Shown here: piece after piece, positions 7,961 to 16,869 of the stretch
Layout of the letters: every line of letters starts with the position of its first letter
How positions within the stretch are numbered: the stretch's first letter is position 1
Virus record (IMG/VR): IMGVR_UViG_3300037882_001770
Span: 1-64,000 of that record
Reading direction: 5' to 3' (one strand)
Length of the DNA: 64,000 nt
Translations under genes and position numbers: made by a program
The notes under the pieces: model-generated
Database searches by the model: none
Told to the model about the DNA's origin: nothing
Seen by the model: the letters and a program-made list of their open reading frames with translations, nothing else

Positions 7961-8127
7961 TGAACAAGTTTAGAGCGTGGTACCTTCGTAACTATACCGA
8001 AATTACTTGGTTCCTAATTGGCTTTTTGACCTTTGCTGGATTGCAAGATCTGTCACAGGGTGATTATGTGCAAGCTGTTATCAGTTTTATTTTGGTAGCG
8101 GTGAACTGGTCATTTGCACGTCGATAA
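7960..8127 (+). CDS. small membrane protein, 55 aa (not in ORF track)
   Basis: MNKFRAWYLRNYTEITWFLIGFLTFAGLQDLSQGDYVQAVISFILVAVNWSFARR; two hydrophobic segments; TAATG coupling; followed by terminator. Confidence 0.7.
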   Translation: MNKFRAWYLRNYTEITWFLIGFLTFAGLQDLSQGDYVQAVISFILVAVNWSFARR

Positions 8128-8143
8128 GCAGGTCAGTTTAGCC

Positions 8144-8170
8144 AAAACACCCCATTTAGGGGTGTTTTTT
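8144..8170 (+). terminator. Rho-independent terminator
   Basis: AAAACACCCC-ATTTA-GGGGTGTTTT plus T-run. Confidence 0.85.
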
Positions 8171-8217
8171 ATTGTAAAAATAAATTAACAGCATGTATTT
8201 CTATTAAATATCACTGT

Positions 8218-8421
8218 ATGGAAAACAATCAAATCACAGTAACTGATCTTGTTACTATAAAGAATATCATAGATCTAGCATCTGCGCGAGGAGCATTTCG
8301 AGCAGGCGAAATGAAAGAAGTTGGCGAAGTGTATGAAAAACTTACGCAATTTTTAGAAGCAGTAATAGCGCAGGCACAGGCCGCCAATGGCACCGAGCCT
8401 GACCAAACCCAAGGAGAATAA
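8218..8421 (+). CDS. hypothetical protein
   Basis: ORF preceded by TAAATA. Confidence 0.7.
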   Translation: MENNQITVTDLVTIKNIIDLASARGAFRAGEMKEVGEVYEKLTQFLEAVIAQAQAANGTEPDQTQGE

Positions 8422-8422
8422 A

Positions 8423-9127
8423 ATGGCATTTATGAAACACGTAGGTAAACATAGCGATCGTAGCATTGCTTTGTTATTTAGACAAGTACCAGGCGAGGAC
8501 CATATGTGCTTGCTCATCTATCCAGAAGTGTTACCAGCACACTGGCACGATGCAATCATGAAAGTATTAGAAAGCGATGTTGGTCAACAAGCAGAAGAGT
8601 TTGCAGAAGCATTGAGCCGTAGCCTGTTGCCGGACGGTCGTGTGATTCTTAACACCTTGCATCAAGAAAAGATGATCAAAAAAGTTCGTACCAGCGATGT
8701 TATCATGACTCCTAATTCGGGTGCTAGAATTCGCCTCGATGAACTTAACAAAATGTTAAACGAAATGAAACTTGGTGCAGATGCTATCAAAAAGATGGCG
8801 GAAAATGATGCGGCTCGTGGCCTAGTTGACGCACCTACCAAACGTGCCGCCGAAGCAGAATTCAAAGCTGGTCGTCAAGCTCCTGTACAAGCTCCACAGA
8901 ATGGTGCATTAAGTGATCGCGATATTGCAGCTAACATGTTGACCCAAGCACAACGCATGGAAATTGAAGCCAAGGGCATGATTGCCGAAGCCGCACGTAT
9001 GAAAAAAGACGCCGAGCGTATGCACCCAGGTGTAATTGCAAACGATTCTTCATCAACCTCTGCTACTACTGCACCCAAGCGCGGTCGTCCAGCTAAAGCT
9101 AAGGCGGTAGCGGATGCAGCTCAATGA
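8423..9127 (+). CDS. hypothetical phage protein with coiled coil and basic C-terminal tail
   Basis: AAGGAG SD, ATG 8423 (MAFMKHVG...); C-terminal PKRGRPAK (AT-hook-like). Confidence 0.75.
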   Translation: MAFMKHVGKHSDRSIALLFRQVPGEDHMCLLIYPEVLPAHWHDAIMKVLESDVGQQAEEFAEALSRSLLPDGRVILNTLHQEKMIKKVRTSDVIMTPNSGARIRLDELNKMLNEMKLGADAIKKMAENDAARGLVDAPTKRAAEAEFKAGRQAPVQAPQNGALSDRDIAANMLTQAQRMEIEAKGMIAEAARMKKDAERMHPGVIANDSSSTSATTAPKRGRPAKAKAVADAAQ

Positions 9128-9416
9128 TGATTTTCTAGAGCAGTGGGAACATATAATTGCTACAGTAAACAAGACAGATGTTCCATTAGAATGCATTAAA
9201 AAAGTAGTAATCAAATTAAAAGGCGGCAAACAAAAAACTATTAACGTAAGTACTCTCCAGCGACAAGGATTAGATCTAGTCGAAATTGAAGGCATGCTTA
9301 CCCGTGTGTTCAATGAAATGGACAGTGAAATACGAGATGTAGATTTTGTAGTAGATATTTCTGCTGTAGCGGCCCTTGTTCAACCAGAAACTGACAAATT
9401 GTTAGGAAAACTTTGA
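9114..9416 (+). CDS. hypothetical protein
   Basis: Coupled ORF, 100 aa. Confidence 0.7.
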   Translation: MQLNDDFLEQWEHIIATVNKTDVPLECIKKVVIKLKGGKQKTINVSTLQRQGLDLVEIEGMLTRVFNEMDSEIRDVDFVVDISAVAALVQPETDKLLGKL

Positions 9417-10090
9417 AAGTAACATTAGTATCAAGCAGTGAGCCAAGTAAGGAACTAGTTGCACAGGGCATAGTAAATGCTCAAGAACTAGTTGCTTACT
9501 GTGCTCGTGTTAGCAATCCAGCCAACCAAACCAACACAGACACCAGCGAGAAGCTGATTCGTTATCTTATCAAACATAAACACTGGAGCCCGCTTGAAAT
9601 GGTGTCGGCTTGTTTAGAAATTGAAACCACTAGAGACATTGCTAGACAAATACTACGTCATCGTAGTTTCAGTTTTCAGGAGTTCAGTCAGCGTTATGCG
9701 GTAGCTGATCTAGGTTGGGAACTGAAAGAAACTAGACTACAAGATACCAAAAATCGCCAGAACAGTATTGCACTAAGTGGACTGACTCTTAAAGAACAAA
9801 ATCTAATGGAGCAGTGGAAGGTCAAACAAGAACAATTGATACAAGATGCCGAGTATGCCTACGACTGGGCAATCACCAACGGCATTGCTAAAGAACAAGC
9901 TAGAGCTGTTCTGCCAGAAGGCCTCACTGTGAGTAGACTGTATATGCAAGGTACGCTACGTTCATGGCTACACTATATCGAGCTACGTTCGGGGCCAGAA
10001 ACTCAAAAGGAACATAGGCAGGTAGCCGAAGCCTGCGCAGGTGCATTAGAAACTATTTTTCCAATGGTTACCGAATTCCTTGTAAAGTAA
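9413..10090 (+). CDS. thyX: FAD-dependent thymidylate synthase
   Basis: ThyX motif RHRSFSFQEFSQRY; HWSPLE; EQARAVLP. Confidence 0.95.
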   Translation: MKVTLVSSSEPSKELVAQGIVNAQELVAYCARVSNPANQTNTDTSEKLIRYLIKHKHWSPLEMVSACLEIETTRDIARQILRHRSFSFQEFSQRYAVADLGWELKETRLQDTKNRQNSIALSGLTLKEQNLMEQWKVKQEQLIQDAEYAYDWAITNGIAKEQARAVLPEGLTVSRLYMQGTLRSWLHYIELRSGPETQKEHRQVAEACAGALETIFPMVTEFLVK

Positions 10091-10108
10091 TGTCTTTTCT
10101 GTTATAAT
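10080..10108 (+). promoter_or_regulatory. sigma70-type promoter with extended -10
   Basis: TTGTAA, 17 bp, TGnTATAAT; ATG 10114 only 5 nt downstream. Confidence 0.6.
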
Positions 10109-10113
10109 ACAGT

Positions 10114-10449
10114 ATGGCCATTGCAAATACACATCGATCAGAAGATGCCACTCGTTTATTTAAAGCACCCGAGTATAAACTCATCAATGATAAAGTAGTA
10201 AAATTTAACGATGTCAAGGTGCACGAATTTAATATGGGAGATGTAGAGGACCCTGACTTGTATGCGGCAGAGCCATTATGGCAGTGGCAACAAACAGAAG
10301 CCGGAAAATGGGTCATGTCTCATGCAGTAGAAACTCCCTTCTGGCATCGCATAGTGAATCCATACACTTTTGGTTATACTTACTACGTGATTGCTCGGCT
10401 TTGCGAGCAGGATCAAACATACTGGACACTTAAATGGCAAAAATCTTAG
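10114..10449 (+). CDS. LRW-family-like protein heading the sugar operon
   Basis: Ends ARLCEQDQTYWTLKW; KWVMSHA helix. Confidence 0.7.
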   Translation: MAIANTHRSEDATRLFKAPEYKLINDKVVKFNDVKVHEFNMGDVEDPDLYAAEPLWQWQQTEAGKWVMSHAVETPFWHRIVNPYTFGYTYYVIARLCEQDQTYWTLKWQKS

Positions 10450-11405
10450 TAACAGGTGGTCTTGGGTTCATCGGGCACAATGTTGTAGCCCTGTTAGAAT
10501 CTCAAGGTCATCACTGTGTCATTACCGATACTCAAACTACCTACGGTATTATCCCACAAGACGAAATAGATTATCTCGTAAGTGAACGAAAAACAAAAAT
10601 AAAAACTGACAGAATCTATCGAATCGACATTGCTGATCGAGATGGTATTGATTGGGTCGTACGCGAACACAAGCCCGATGTTGTCATACACATGGCCAGC
10701 TTTCCTAGACAGAAAGTAGTCAATGCTAATCCTTCCTATGGCGCCCAGGTCATGATGGAGGGGTTGATTAATGTGTTAGAAAGCGCAAAACGTCACAAGG
10801 TAGAACGTGTAGTTTATATTTCAAGTTCAATGGTATATGGTGACTTTGAAGATCAAGTAACTGAGGATAGTGAATGCAATCCTATTGGACAATATGGCAT
10901 TATGAAATTCGCAGGGGAGCAACTTGTTAAAGATTACCATCGCCGCGGCGCTTTTGATTATGTCATTATTCGCCCCAGTGCTGTATATGGGCCACTTGAT
11001 GTCGAAGATAGAGTCGTTGCAAAATTTATGCTGGCAGCCATGCGCGGAGAAACTCTCAAGGTAAACGGCGCAGAAGAAACCCTAGACTTTACCTATGTTG
11101 ACGATGCTGCTGCCGGTATTGTATCCGCCACTACACGTGTCATGAGTGCCAATCGCATATATAATATTACAAAATCATGTTCAGTTGCGCTGTTAACCGC
11201 GGCCGAAATGATTGTTGCCCTTGTGGGCAAAGGAACCGTAGAAGTTCGCGACAGAGACGCAGATTTTCCCAGTCGCGGCGCATTAGATATTGATCGTGCT
11301 AGAGTAATTCTTGGCTACGATCCTAAGATTGATATTGAAGAGGGTTTCCAAAGGTACTATGATTGGCTTAAAAATTCCGTTTACTGGTCTCAAAAAACAG
11401 TATAA
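10434..11405 (+). CDS. NAD-dependent NDP-sugar epimerase/dehydratase (extended SDR)
   Basis: TGGLGFIG, SSSMVYG, YGIMK (YxxxK), RPSAVYGP, DFTYVDD. Confidence 0.93.
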   Translation: MAKILVTGGLGFIGHNVVALLESQGHHCVITDTQTTYGIIPQDEIDYLVSERKTKIKTDRIYRIDIADRDGIDWVVREHKPDVVIHMASFPRQKVVNANPSYGAQVMMEGLINVLESAKRHKVERVVYISSSMVYGDFEDQVTEDSECNPIGQYGIMKFAGEQLVKDYHRRGAFDYVIIRPSAVYGPLDVEDRVVAKFMLAAMRGETLKVNGAEETLDFTYVDDAAAGIVSATTRVMSANRIYNITKSCSVALLTAAEMIVALVGKGTVEVRDRDADFPSRGALDIDRARVILGYDPKIDIEEGFQRYYDWLKNSVYWSQKTV

Positions 11406-12441
11406 CAATCTTCGCACAGAGATATTAGATGCCACGGACGAAGTACTACGTTCAGGACAACTCATGGCAGGTAATCACACTGCTGAGTTTGAAAACTGGC
11501 TGGCCAAGAAAAATAAAAGCAAATATGCTATAACTTGTCATAGCGGCAGCCAGGCGCTTGAAATTATTGCAGAATACTATCGAGGCTTATCTAGTACCAA
11601 TCCACCCACGGTTGCCATACCCAGCATGACCTATGTTGCCACGGCAAACTCATTTTTAAGAGCCGGATGGAACTTGTACATTGCGGATACTGATCAGTAT
11701 GGTATACTGAACAAAAAGAAAATACCACACGATCTAAGTATTCAAGCAACTTGCCTAGTAGGATTGTATGGTATGGCCATCGATCAGCTAGACAATAAAT
11801 TTTGGGCCACAGATTTAATTATTGAAGATGGTGCCCAGCACTGGTTATCCAGCAACTGCAATCGTATTGGCAACGCTACTGCTATCAGCTTTGATCCAAT
11901 GAAAAACTTAAATGCGTATGGCAATGGCGGTGCTGTAGTTACAGATGATGTAGATCTTTTAGAATATGCTCGCGGGTGGAGTAATAACGGCAAGCCCAAA
12001 CATACCAATGTTGGAACCAATAGTCGAATGAGCGAAGTAGAGTGTGCTCAAATGTTGGTCAAAATCAAATATATCGATCTATGGCAGGATCGGCGTAGTA
12101 ACATTGCTCGCTACTGGATCGGTCGATTAAAAGACACCGGTGTCAGATGTTTGATTGACAAAAATAATGTCAACACACATTCATTTCATAAGTTTGTTAT
12201 TGATGTCGATCAACGAGATATATTAAAACGCAATCTCGAACTAAAGCATATTGAAACTAAGGTACATTACAATTTGCCATTGCACGAACTTCCAGTATAC
12301 GAAACATTTTCTGGACCAGATATTTTGAGCTGTGCTAGTAGTCTAAGTCGACGTGTGTTGAGTTTACCAATGTATCCGGAACTAACTGATCTTGAAGTTG
12401 AATATATTATTGATCAGGTGTTAGATTGCGCTTTATCATAG
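11359..12441 (+). CDS. DegT/DnrJ/EryC1/StrS PLP-dependent sugar aminotransferase
   Basis: SGSQAL, EDGAQ, SFDPMKNL (PLP lysine), GTNSRMSE, LSLPMYP. Confidence 0.93.
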   Translation: MIGLKIPFTGLKKQYNNLRTEILDATDEVLRSGQLMAGNHTAEFENWLAKKNKSKYAITCHSGSQALEIIAEYYRGLSSTNPPTVAIPSMTYVATANSFLRAGWNLYIADTDQYGILNKKKIPHDLSIQATCLVGLYGMAIDQLDNKFWATDLIIEDGAQHWLSSNCNRIGNATAISFDPMKNLNAYGNGGAVVTDDVDLLEYARGWSNNGKPKHTNVGTNSRMSEVECAQMLVKIKYIDLWQDRRSNIARYWIGRLKDTGVRCLIDKNNVNTHSFHKFVIDVDQRDILKRNLELKHIETKVHYNLPLHELPVYETFSGPDILSCASSLSRRVLSLPMYPELTDLEVEYIIDQVLDCALS

Positions 12442-14611
12442 CATAAGTGGCCAGCCACTCCCAGTCATAGGATTTTTTAAGTTCTTCAAAGTTTCCGCCA
12501 ACCGATTCATAGTAGTGTACCGCATCCTCTGCGCCCTTGATTGACCATTGCTCGGGTGTGTTATCCTTGTTGAGCCATTGTTTTAATCTGTATTCGTTTT
12601 CAATATTTGGCAAACTGTGTTTCAATTTGATACACTCGCGGAACGCAGTACGCCAACACATCCATGCTGTTGTATGATAGTTGGCCATACCAGATAGTAT
12701 AGGAACTACTTCGTGTGCTTGATCTAGCGTAAAGTCTAATCCTTCGGCAGTATTGGACATGACCAATTCCTTATTATAAGCGATCATGGCTTGATGCCCA
12801 TATACTAACTCGTTTACAGGATTGTATGCGTGGAATATGTAGTGTTTAGATTCTTGTAAGCGATCCGGTTGCCAGTCCCAGTCAAAGTTGGGATTAACTT
12901 CTAACTTGGCAAACACCGCAAAGAACCAAGGTGTAGTACTTAACTCTGCAGCTGCTCGATACGCAGCTACACGCCCGTTAACTCCACTACTGCGATGTAT
13001 ATTGTTTGCAATACTCACATGTGGTAATTGTAGATAATTATACTCGGCATTGGATTCTCCGTTGTCAATAAACACAAGATCCAGTGGCTCGTCTGGCAAC
13101 AAATGACGCTGAGTGCGATCAATGTTAGGATAATCGTACAACTGTTTTTTAATATAAGGAACACTTACTTTAGGAACAATACAAACACTTGCGCCAGAAC
13201 TAAGAGGTACAATAGTTTTAACTTTCTCGCGCCATAACGGAACAGGCGGAACTTCTATGTTCTCAGGCAACTCCTGTGTTGTAAATATTGCCAGTGGCCC
13301 TTTCCAATCAATGGTTTGTACCGCTTCAACGTGAGTATCAAATGCATGTGTAACTGTTGGTAGTTTGCGACGCGGTACACTGGTGCCTACATAATTTATA
13401 TCGTACCAATCTAGTAATTCGCATTTTTCACTGCGGTACAAGAATGTTGGAACATGCATAAAAAATGTATCGCCGAATTTCATTCCGTCACTGGCAAATA
13501 CGTGCAGCATGGTTGCTTGCCATTGTTCTGGATGCCATGTAAAATCAAAATTAGTATAGTCACATACACTACTACATATCCAGACAAATTCGTGTTCTTC
13601 CGGTATGTTTTTTGCCAAGCGGCGCAAGGTATCCAAATAGTTGTCAAAGTATCGAACTGTCTTATTTGCATTAGGAACTTGGCCTGCGTTGCCGTCCATG
13701 TGATCCAATTCGTATATTGCTGTGGCAACTCTTTCTGTGCGTATCTTGATTTGATCCACATACTTTATATCCGTTGCTCCGGGCATGCGATATTGCGGGC
13801 CACCTGTCTTTTGATGCTGAGTAGCAAATTGATAAATGTACGGCGGACTTCCTGGATCCGGACACCAAGAGAAGTCTATGTCTGCAGAATCGACACTGTC
13901 GGGCACGGTCCATAAGGTTTTATCAGCCAGCAGATCAGCTCGAGGGTATCGCATAAACTTACGCTCGGTTGCACCGTCAGCATGATATTCCACAGTGGGC
14001 ATGGTTTCTGCACGATGCCACTGATTGCCAAATACGTAAATGTAAGGAGGGTCTCCTGGATCTGGTCTCCACGAGTAGTTCCACTCACAATCAACTAGTA
14101 TATGCCAGTGATTATCGTGACGTTCTAGCAGTGTTGCTTGAGGCTTGTCTACAAATTTACGTTCAGTTGCGCCCGGTACATGATATTCTATTGTGGGCAT
14201 TTTGTTTGCAGGCCACCACTGATTACCAAACACATAAATGAATGGCGGATCCAGCGGATGTGGATGCCATGTATAGTCAAACTCTATTCCTTCAACCAAC
14301 TGTTTGTAGTTTTCTTGTCGTTCACGATTGGGCAACACTTTGGTATGAAATTTATACTCAAGTTTGCTGGCATGTTTAGGAACCAAGTAAGTGCCTGAGT
14401 ATGCGTGATGCTGACTTGGCCAGGTGTGAGTATATTGACTTTCCCACGGAACCGGCTCCCAAAGAAAATCCCATCCAGTGTAGTCCGATAAGTAACTTAC
14501 CCACCAGAAATATCTTGTTTTACTTAACTGTTGTGCATGTTCAATAGAAGTTGCTTCTTGCTCGTGTGCAAAAAGATTAGGTTTAACTCCGAAATAAAAA
14601 ACGTCAAACAT
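12407..14611 (-). CDS. 734-aa repeat protein with degenerate glycosyltransferase-like modules
   Basis: Three WxPxPxxPPxIYxF...GATxxK repeats; C-terminal domain aligns by eye with 31311-32237. Confidence 0.7.
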   Translation of the reverse strand: MFDVFYFGVKPNLFAHEQEATSIEHAQQLSKTRYFWWVSYLSDYTGWDFLWEPVPWESQYTHTWPSQHHAYSGTYLVPKHASKLEYKFHTKVLPNRERQENYKQLVEGIEFDYTWHPHPLDPPFIYVFGNQWWPANKMPTIEYHVPGATERKFVDKPQATLLERHDNHWHILVDCEWNYSWRPDPGDPPYIYVFGNQWHRAETMPTVEYHADGATERKFMRYPRADLLADKTLWTVPDSVDSADIDFSWCPDPGSPPYIYQFATQHQKTGGPQYRMPGATDIKYVDQIKIRTERVATAIYELDHMDGNAGQVPNANKTVRYFDNYLDTLRRLAKNIPEEHEFVWICSSVCDYTNFDFTWHPEQWQATMLHVFASDGMKFGDTFFMHVPTFLYRSEKCELLDWYDINYVGTSVPRRKLPTVTHAFDTHVEAVQTIDWKGPLAIFTTQELPENIEVPPVPLWREKVKTIVPLSSGASVCIVPKVSVPYIKKQLYDYPNIDRTQRHLLPDEPLDLVFIDNGESNAEYNYLQLPHVSIANNIHRSSGVNGRVAAYRAAAELSTTPWFFAVFAKLEVNPNFDWDWQPDRLQESKHYIFHAYNPVNELVYGHQAMIAYNKELVMSNTAEGLDFTLDQAHEVVPILSGMANYHTTAWMCWRTAFRECIKLKHSLPNIENEYRLKQWLNKDNTPEQWSIKGAEDAVHYYESVGGNFEELKKSYDWEWLATYAMIKRNLTPDQ

Positions 14612-15701
14612 GATTAGAATAGATGAAATTTACAACCATACATTTTGGCCTTGGATAAACCGGCACAAAGCCGGTACGAGAATGCTGTACTGCGATCCAC
14701 CTGGTAGGTCAGATCCTGAAAGTTTATGCGTGTTTGGCAAATCAACTTCCATAGAAACCGACTATGTGTTTTTTCACGATCAAGAACCGATACATATGGA
14801 TTTGCATGAACCTTTATTTAATGATGTTATGATTCGTACTGGAGATTTATCAGACCACACTAGAGGACACATAATTGTTAGCGAACAAGGACAATTTGCC
14901 GACCAACTGACTGAGAAGTACGGGTGGAAACAACACTACTATTTTTATCATGGCTGGGCCTGCCAGGATTGGTTTCGTGGTTACGATAAAGCATTTTTAA
15001 TTCCCAGAGCCGAAGATCGCAAGCCCAATAAAACGTTTATGAGTCCGAATCGTATTATTGCTGGCAAAAGAGATCATCGTGTGTTATTTCTTTATAATGT
15101 ATTCAAAAATAAATTGGAACAAAATCATATCAGTGCTCCAAGAATCTGCACCTACGAAAATGTAGATATATCTAGTATAGCACAAAAATACATCAATGTA
15201 TACCAGGATATAACCGATGTGTTTACGCAGGCCGAACTGCCAAGACTATTTGTAGGCGAAGACCAACAAGAAATGGCATCGTGCTGGCTGACCAACTTTG
15301 CCGAAGCGCAGGATAGTTTAGTGTATGTCCCAACCGAAACTGTTTATTTTGGAAACAGATTACACATCACTGAAAAAACATTCAAGGCTATTGCATTAGA
15401 AATGCCGTTTGTGTTAGTAGCACCAGCTGGCAGCTTAGAGTACATGCGCAGGTATGGATTTCAAACCTTTGGATCAATATTTGATGAGAGCTACGACGAA
15501 GAAACTAACGACATTCGTCGAATTGAAAAAGTTACCAAACTGCTTAAAGATTTAGATAATCTTACTGTGAAAGAGCGGCGAGAGATCCACCATGCATGTC
15601 TAGACACGGTCAAACACAACTATCATCATTTTTACAATGGCGGACTCACTGAAATACTGTGGAATGAATTAATCAACATGATGTACGAGCTTAGAGTTTA
15701 A
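14610..15701 (+). CDS. putative glycosyltransferase ('TEK' family, GT10-like motif)
   Basis: ET...ITEKTFKAI...PFV...GFQTF...DESYD. Confidence 0.6.
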   Translation: MIRIDEIYNHTFWPWINRHKAGTRMLYCDPPGRSDPESLCVFGKSTSIETDYVFFHDQEPIHMDLHEPLFNDVMIRTGDLSDHTRGHIIVSEQGQFADQLTEKYGWKQHYYFYHGWACQDWFRGYDKAFLIPRAEDRKPNKTFMSPNRIIAGKRDHRVLFLYNVFKNKLEQNHISAPRICTYENVDISSIAQKYINVYQDITDVFTQAELPRLFVGEDQQEMASCWLTNFAEAQDSLVYVPTETVYFGNRLHITEKTFKAIALEMPFVLVAPAGSLEYMRRYGFQTFGSIFDESYDEETNDIRRIEKVTKLLKDLDNLTVKERREIHHACLDTVKHNYHHFYNGGLTEILWNELINMMYELRV

Positions 15702-15720
15702 TTTTGTAGCTGATCGTATT

Positions 15721-16869
15721 GTGCGTAACAAAGCCTATCCAGCACTGGCACAGTGGCAGGCCGATCCGTATACCCCCAAATGGAGACAATTTGTTAACCA
15801 TTGGCCCAATACTGTTCCGTGTGAGTTACACGAACACTGTGCTACACACAATTTTCCGTACCAGTTACAAACTACAAAAGATACATATACTCGGCATGAC
15901 TTTTATACAATAGGGTTGGGATTTTTTAATTTTGATGTGGATTATTTTGGTCTATTAGATTTAGATATTCTTCGTGAGTTACAACAGTTAAATCTACGAG
16001 TGTTGTTCTATTATCACGAAGGTGACAATCCTTATCAAATTAAACAACGGTTGGATACCCTGTGCGTTGCTCATCGATTGAGTACAGATTGTTATCGTTT
16101 CGTTAGCGGAAATACCGCTGCTGACCGTATAAAAAACTTTGCTTGGTTTCCAGATCATGAACTGCTGTATTGGCATCGTAATCGATCAATTCCAGCAGAG
16201 CCAGTTAACGTAACTCCTCGGCAATATGATTTTACCTTGCTAAGCCGTACACACAAATGGTGGCGTGCCACTGTGGTCACAGATTTACATCGCACAGGAT
16301 TGTTGGACTGTAGTCAATGGAGCTACAATATCATTGATATAGGTGATTGTGAAGAAGATAATCCTATAGAAGTTGACAGCTTTGATAATTTACGTAACGA
16401 CATGCACTCATTTTTAACGCATGCTCCATATAGTTGTGATAGTTTGTCTTCGGATCAGCACAATGATCACCATCTGACAGAAAGTTCACACTACACAAAT
16501 AGCTACTTTAATATAGTGTTAGAAACACACTTTGATGCTGATGGGTCTGGTGGCGCATTCTTGACCGAAAAGACTTTTAAACCAATCAAGCATGCTCAAC
16601 CATTTGTTGTAATAGGTGCTCCGGGCAGTTTGTCTGCGCTGAGAGATTTAGGTTACCGCACATTTGATCATGTTATAGACACCGGCTACGATACTATACA
16701 AAACAATACCCAACGCTGGCAAGCTGTTAAATCTACCATTGAGCAAATTAAACAAAATCCTGCAGAATATTTTGCTCAATGCCTTGATGACGTACAACAT
16801 AACCAGCAATTATTTTTATCCAGCAAATACAACCGATTAAATAGATTACTTGAAAGATTACAAACATGA
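15721..16869 (+). CDS. putative glycosyltransferase ('TEK' family)
   Basis: FNIVLET...LTEKTFKPI...PFV...GYRTF...DTGYD; true start may lie upstream. Confidence 0.6.
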   Translation: MRNKAYPALAQWQADPYTPKWRQFVNHWPNTVPCELHEHCATHNFPYQLQTTKDTYTRHDFYTIGLGFFNFDVDYFGLLDLDILRELQQLNLRVLFYYHEGDNPYQIKQRLDTLCVAHRLSTDCYRFVSGNTAADRIKNFAWFPDHELLYWHRNRSIPAEPVNVTPRQYDFTLLSRTHKWWRATVVTDLHRTGLLDCSQWSYNIIDIGDCEEDNPIEVDSFDNLRNDMHSFLTHAPYSCDSLSSDQHNDHHLTESSHYTNSYFNIVLETHFDADGSGGAFLTEKTFKPIKHAQPFVVIGAPGSLSALRDLGYRTFDHVIDTGYDTIQNNTQRWQAVKSTIEQIKQNPAEYFAQCLDDVQHNQQLFLSSKYNRLNRLLERLQT

